A stretch of 63,952 bases of DNA, the filler included. It is 5 parts of 5 records of this genome, joined end to end, with 100 filler letters (N's around TTAATTAATTAA, not from the genome) between each part and the next. Parts side by side here need not be neighbours in the genome. Positions count along the whole stretch, not along the records: positions 58,946 to 63,952 come from SRR20825010_4154; 4 more parts are not named here. The stretch is one strand, 5' to 3'. This document shows, in pieces, positions 61,300 to 63,952 of the stretch. Under the pieces are notes generated by a model. It had not been told where the DNA came from and ran no database searches. It worked only from the letters and a program-made list of their open reading frames with translations. The first letter of the stretch is position 1; every line of letters begins with the position of its first letter. A program made the translations under genes and the position numbers.

Positions 61300-61331
61300 A
61301 AAAACGGTGCCCTTTGCGGCGCCGTTTTTTT
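61300..61331 (+). terminator. Intrinsic terminator after rplI
   Basis: AAAAACGGTGCC-CTTTGC-GGCGCCGTTTTTTT. Confidence 0.85.
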
Positions 61332-61348
61332 ATCCCCGAAGTTCACAG

Positions 61349-61373
61349 GCTGGGGATAACCCTTATCCACAGC
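61349..61373. promoter_or_regulatory. Inverted pair of DnaA boxes upstream of dnaB
   Basis: TGGGGATAA at 61351-61359 (one mismatch, reverse) and perfect TTATCCACA at 61363-61371. Confidence 0.8.
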
Positions 61374-61426
61374 TTTTTTAAAAACGATCTTTCCGCGTGC
61401 ATTCGAAAGTATGTTAGTATTCCTCC

Positions 61427-62905
61427 ATGGAAACCGTATCGCTTAATGACGGCCGTCTGGACGAGGATAGCAATGGCCCCGCCTATCGCACGGCCCCGCA
61501 TAATATAGAGGCAGAGCAGGATCTGCTCGGCGCGATTCTCGTCAATAACGATGCGGCAGCGAAGGTTTCGGGCTTCCTGAAGCCGGAACATTTCGCCGAG
61601 GATGTGCATCAACGCATTTACGACGCCGCCACCTTGCTGATCGAGCGCGGGGAAATCGCCGATCCGGTCACGCTCAAATCCTATTTCGACCGCGACGAGG
61701 GCCTTGCCGATATCGGTGGCTCGCAATATCTGGCCCGCCTCGCCGCCTCCGCCACCACCATCATCAATGCGGAAAATTACGGCCGACTGATCTATGACCT
61801 TGCCATGCGGCGCGAACTGATCCTGCTGGGCGAAGACATTGTCAACACCGCCTATGATTCGGACCTGGAGGAAACCTCCCAGTCGCAGATCGAGAATGCG
61901 GAGCAGAAACTCTTCTCCCTCGCCGAGAACGGGGCGCATGAAGGCGCGCTGATGCCGGTCCGCGTTGCCGTGGATGAGGCGCTCAAATCCATTGAGGAGG
62001 CGTTCCAGCGCGATGGCAATCTGGTCGGCGTGACGACGGGCCTGAAAGACATGGACAGCAAGCTCGGCGGGTTGCATAAATCCGACCTTCTCATCCTTGC
62101 CGGGCGTCCCTCCATGGGGAAGACATCGCTCGCCACCAATATCGCCTATAACGCGGCGAAGGCCTATCATGCGACGGGCGGCAAGGAGGGCGCGGTTGTC
62201 GGCTTCTTCTCCCTCGAAATGTCGGCGGAACAGCTGGTTGGCCGTATCCTCGCGGAGGCGACCGAGATCAGCTCGGAAAAGCTCCGCCGCGGCGACCTCA
62301 GCGATGACGAGTTTGCCAACAAGCTGGTGCCGGAAACGGCGCGGCTCTCCGAACTGCCGCTTTATATCGATGATACGCCCGCGCTTTCCATCGCGGCGCT
62401 GCGGACGCGCGCGCGGCGGCTCAAACGCAGCCATGGCCTCGGCCTTGTCGTGGTTGACTATCTGCAGTTGATGAAGGGTTCCGGCCGGCGTCAGGATAAC
62501 CGCGTCCAGGAAATATCCGAGGTGACGCAGGGCCTCAAAGCCATCGCGAAGGAGCTCGATATCCCCGTGATCGCGCTGTCGCAGTTGTCGAGACAGGTCG
62601 AAAACCGCGATGACAAACGCCCGCAGCTTTCCGACCTTCGCGAATCCGGCTCCATCGAGCAGGACTCCGACGTGGTCATGTTCGTCTATCGCGAAGGCTA
62701 TTACGAGGAACGCAAGGCGCCGTCGGAAGGCACGCCCGAGCATGCCGACTGGCAGGAGCGCATGTCACGCCTGCATAACCTCGCGGAAGTCATCATCGGC
62801 AAGCAGCGGCATGGCCCGATCGGCATTATCAAGCTGCATTTCAAGCCCGAATTCACGCGCTTTGGCGATTATATCTCCGACGAATATCTGCCGGACCATC
62901 ATTGA
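61427..62905 (+). CDS. dnaB: Replicative DNA helicase
   Basis: PHNIEAEQ, AGRPSMGKT, VVDYLQL, LSQLSR, DLRESGSIEQD and KQRHGP motifs. Confidence 0.98.
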   Translation: METVSLNDGRLDEDSNGPAYRTAPHNIEAEQDLLGAILVNNDAAAKVSGFLKPEHFAEDVHQRIYDAATLLIERGEIADPVTLKSYFDRDEGLADIGGSQYLARLAASATTIINAENYGRLIYDLAMRRELILLGEDIVNTAYDSDLEETSQSQIENAEQKLFSLAENGAHEGALMPVRVAVDEALKSIEEAFQRDGNLVGVTTGLKDMDSKLGGLHKSDLLILAGRPSMGKTSLATNIAYNAAKAYHATGGKEGAVVGFFSLEMSAEQLVGRILAEATEISSEKLRRGDLSDDEFANKLVPETARLSELPLYIDDTPALSIAALRTRARRLKRSHGLGLVVVDYLQLMKGSGRRQDNRVQEISEVTQGLKAIAKELDIPVIALSQLSRQVENRDDKRPQLSDLRESGSIEQDSDVVMFVYREGYYEERKAPSEGTPEHADWQERMSRLHNLAEVIIGKQRHGPIGIIKLHFKPEFTRFGDYISDEYLPDHH

Positions 62906-62921
62906 GCGGAGACGATAGTAG

Positions 62922-63952
62922 ATGGATCCGAAACTGGCCGGCGCGCATCTGACGATCGATCTTGCGGCCCTGAAAGAGAATTACCGCCTGCTGAGGGATC
63001 AGGCCGCGCCCGCCGAATGTGCGGCGTCGGTCAAGGCGAATGCCTACGGCCTCGGGATCGAGCGGGTCGGCCCGGCCCTTTATGAGGCGGGATGCCGCCG
63101 CTTCTTCGTCGCGCTGCCCGGCGAAGGCGTCACGCTCCGTGCCCTTCTCCCCGACGCGACCATCCATATTCTGGGCGGGATCCTGCCCGAGACCGAGGAG
63201 GTCTATGTCGCGCATAATCTGGTGCCGGTCCTCAACTCCCTCCATGACATCCGGCAATGGGCGGCGTATGCGACAGACCATGGGCCGCTTCACGCGCTTC
63301 TCCATCTCGATACGGGGATAACCCGCCTTGGCCTGCTGGAGACGGAAATACGGGAGCTGGCGGCGACGCCGGAACTACTGGAAAACATCAAGATCGATTT
63401 CGTGATGAGCCATTTGGCCTGCGCCGATATGCCCGATAATCCGATGAACCGCGAACAGCTTGAAAAGCTTCATTTTTTCCGCTCCATCCTGCCCGAAGCC
63501 TTGCGCGAGACGCCCGTCTCCTTCGCCAATTCCGCCGGGATATTTCTGGGCGCCGATTTTCATTTCGACATGGTCCGCCCCGGCATCGCGCTTTTTGGCG
63601 GCAACCCCCGCGCGAGTACGGCCAATCCGATGCGCGAAGTGGTGCGGTTACGCGGGCGTATCCTGCAGGTTCAGGACGTTGACAGCGAAATTCCCGTTGG
63701 CTATGGTGCGTCATTCCGAACTGAAGGATCAAGCCGGATTGCGACCGTTTCTGTGGGCTACGCAGACGGCTATTTCCGCGCCCTGGGTAATAAGGCTGAA
63801 TGTGCGGTTAAGACGATCAAGGTTCCAGTAGTAGGGCGCGTTTCCATGGATATAATCACCATCGATGTCAGCAAGGTTCCGGCGGAAGACTGCCAGCCTG
63901 GTGCCTTTGTCGATCTGATCGGCGGCGCGGTGCCGCTTGATGCAGTGGCCGC
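62922..63952 (+). CDS. alr: Alanine racemase (3' end runs off the window)
   Basis: Absent from the ORF track. Manual translation from ATG 62922 gives TIDLAAL, VKANAYGLG (PLP Lys), HLDTG, MSHLACAD, VRPGI, GYADG and GRVSMD. Confidence 0.95.
   Translation, partial: MDPKLAGAHLTIDLAALKENYRLLRDQAAPAECAASVKANAYGLGIERVGPALYEAGCRRFFVALPGEGVTLRALLPDATIHILGGILPETEEVYVAHNLVPVLNSLHDIRQWAAYATDHGPLHALLHLDTGITRLGLLETEIRELAATPELLENIKIDFVMSHLACADMPDNPMNREQLEKLHFFRSILPEALRETPVSFANSAGIFLGADFHFDMVRPGIALFGGNPRASTANPMREVVRLRGRILQVQDVDSEIPVGYGASFRTEGSSRIATVSVGYADGYFRALGNKAECAVKTIKVPVVGRVSMDIITIDVSKVPAEDCQPGAFVDLIGGAVPLDAVA

Noticed and set aside
61427..62905. Intein in DnaB
   Set aside because: Normal length (492 aa), contiguous helicase motifs and no splicing motifs.
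1..63952. rRNA, tRNA, intact transposase or integrase, phage or anti-phage defence genes
   Set aside because: None recognised by eye in any contig. Small RNAs could be missed without covariance-model searches.

Overview
This window is not one locus. It is five unrelated contigs joined by artificial 100-nt linkers (N44-TTAATTAATTAA-N44 at 22072-22171, 45606-45705, 51783-51882 and 58846-58945). (1) 1-22071, an alphaproteobacterium (Kordiimonas-like by impression only): aroC, fabI, yihY, a J-domain chaperone, pdxH, a chemoreceptor, then a ~15 kb lipid/hydroxy-acid catabolic cluster. That cluster contains an ACAD10/11-type kinase, an ACAD10/11-type acyl-CoA dehydrogenase, SDRs, a CoA ligase, a paired heteromeric ACAD, thioesterases and a degenerate methyltransferase. 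(2) 22172-45605, Marinobacter-like core genome: gacS, pdxJ-recO-era-rnc-lepB-lepA, an inserted CHASE-PAS-GGDEF-EAL gene, algU/mucABCD, nadB, sdhE-ygfX-ygfZ, HDOD, ung, lysS and frameshifted prfB. (3) 45706-51782, an alphaproteobacterial accessory region: ProV-type ATPase, Ala/Gly:cation symporter, maleate-isomerase/racemase family enzyme, small ORFs and a methyltransferase. (4) 51883-58845, a high-GC Rhizobiales-like LacI-regulated sugar ABC/GH127 operon plus a divergent LLM monooxygenase. (5) 58946-63952, alphaproteobacterial rpsF-rpsR-DUF2232-rplI-dnaB-alr with DnaA boxes before dnaB. I saw no CRISPR array, rRNA, tRNA, intact mobile element or defence system. The best candidate for an undescribed system is the lva/ACAD10-11-like hydroxy-fatty-acid catabolic cluster in contig 1. 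All family assignments come from motifs recognised by eye, and taxonomic labels are inference.
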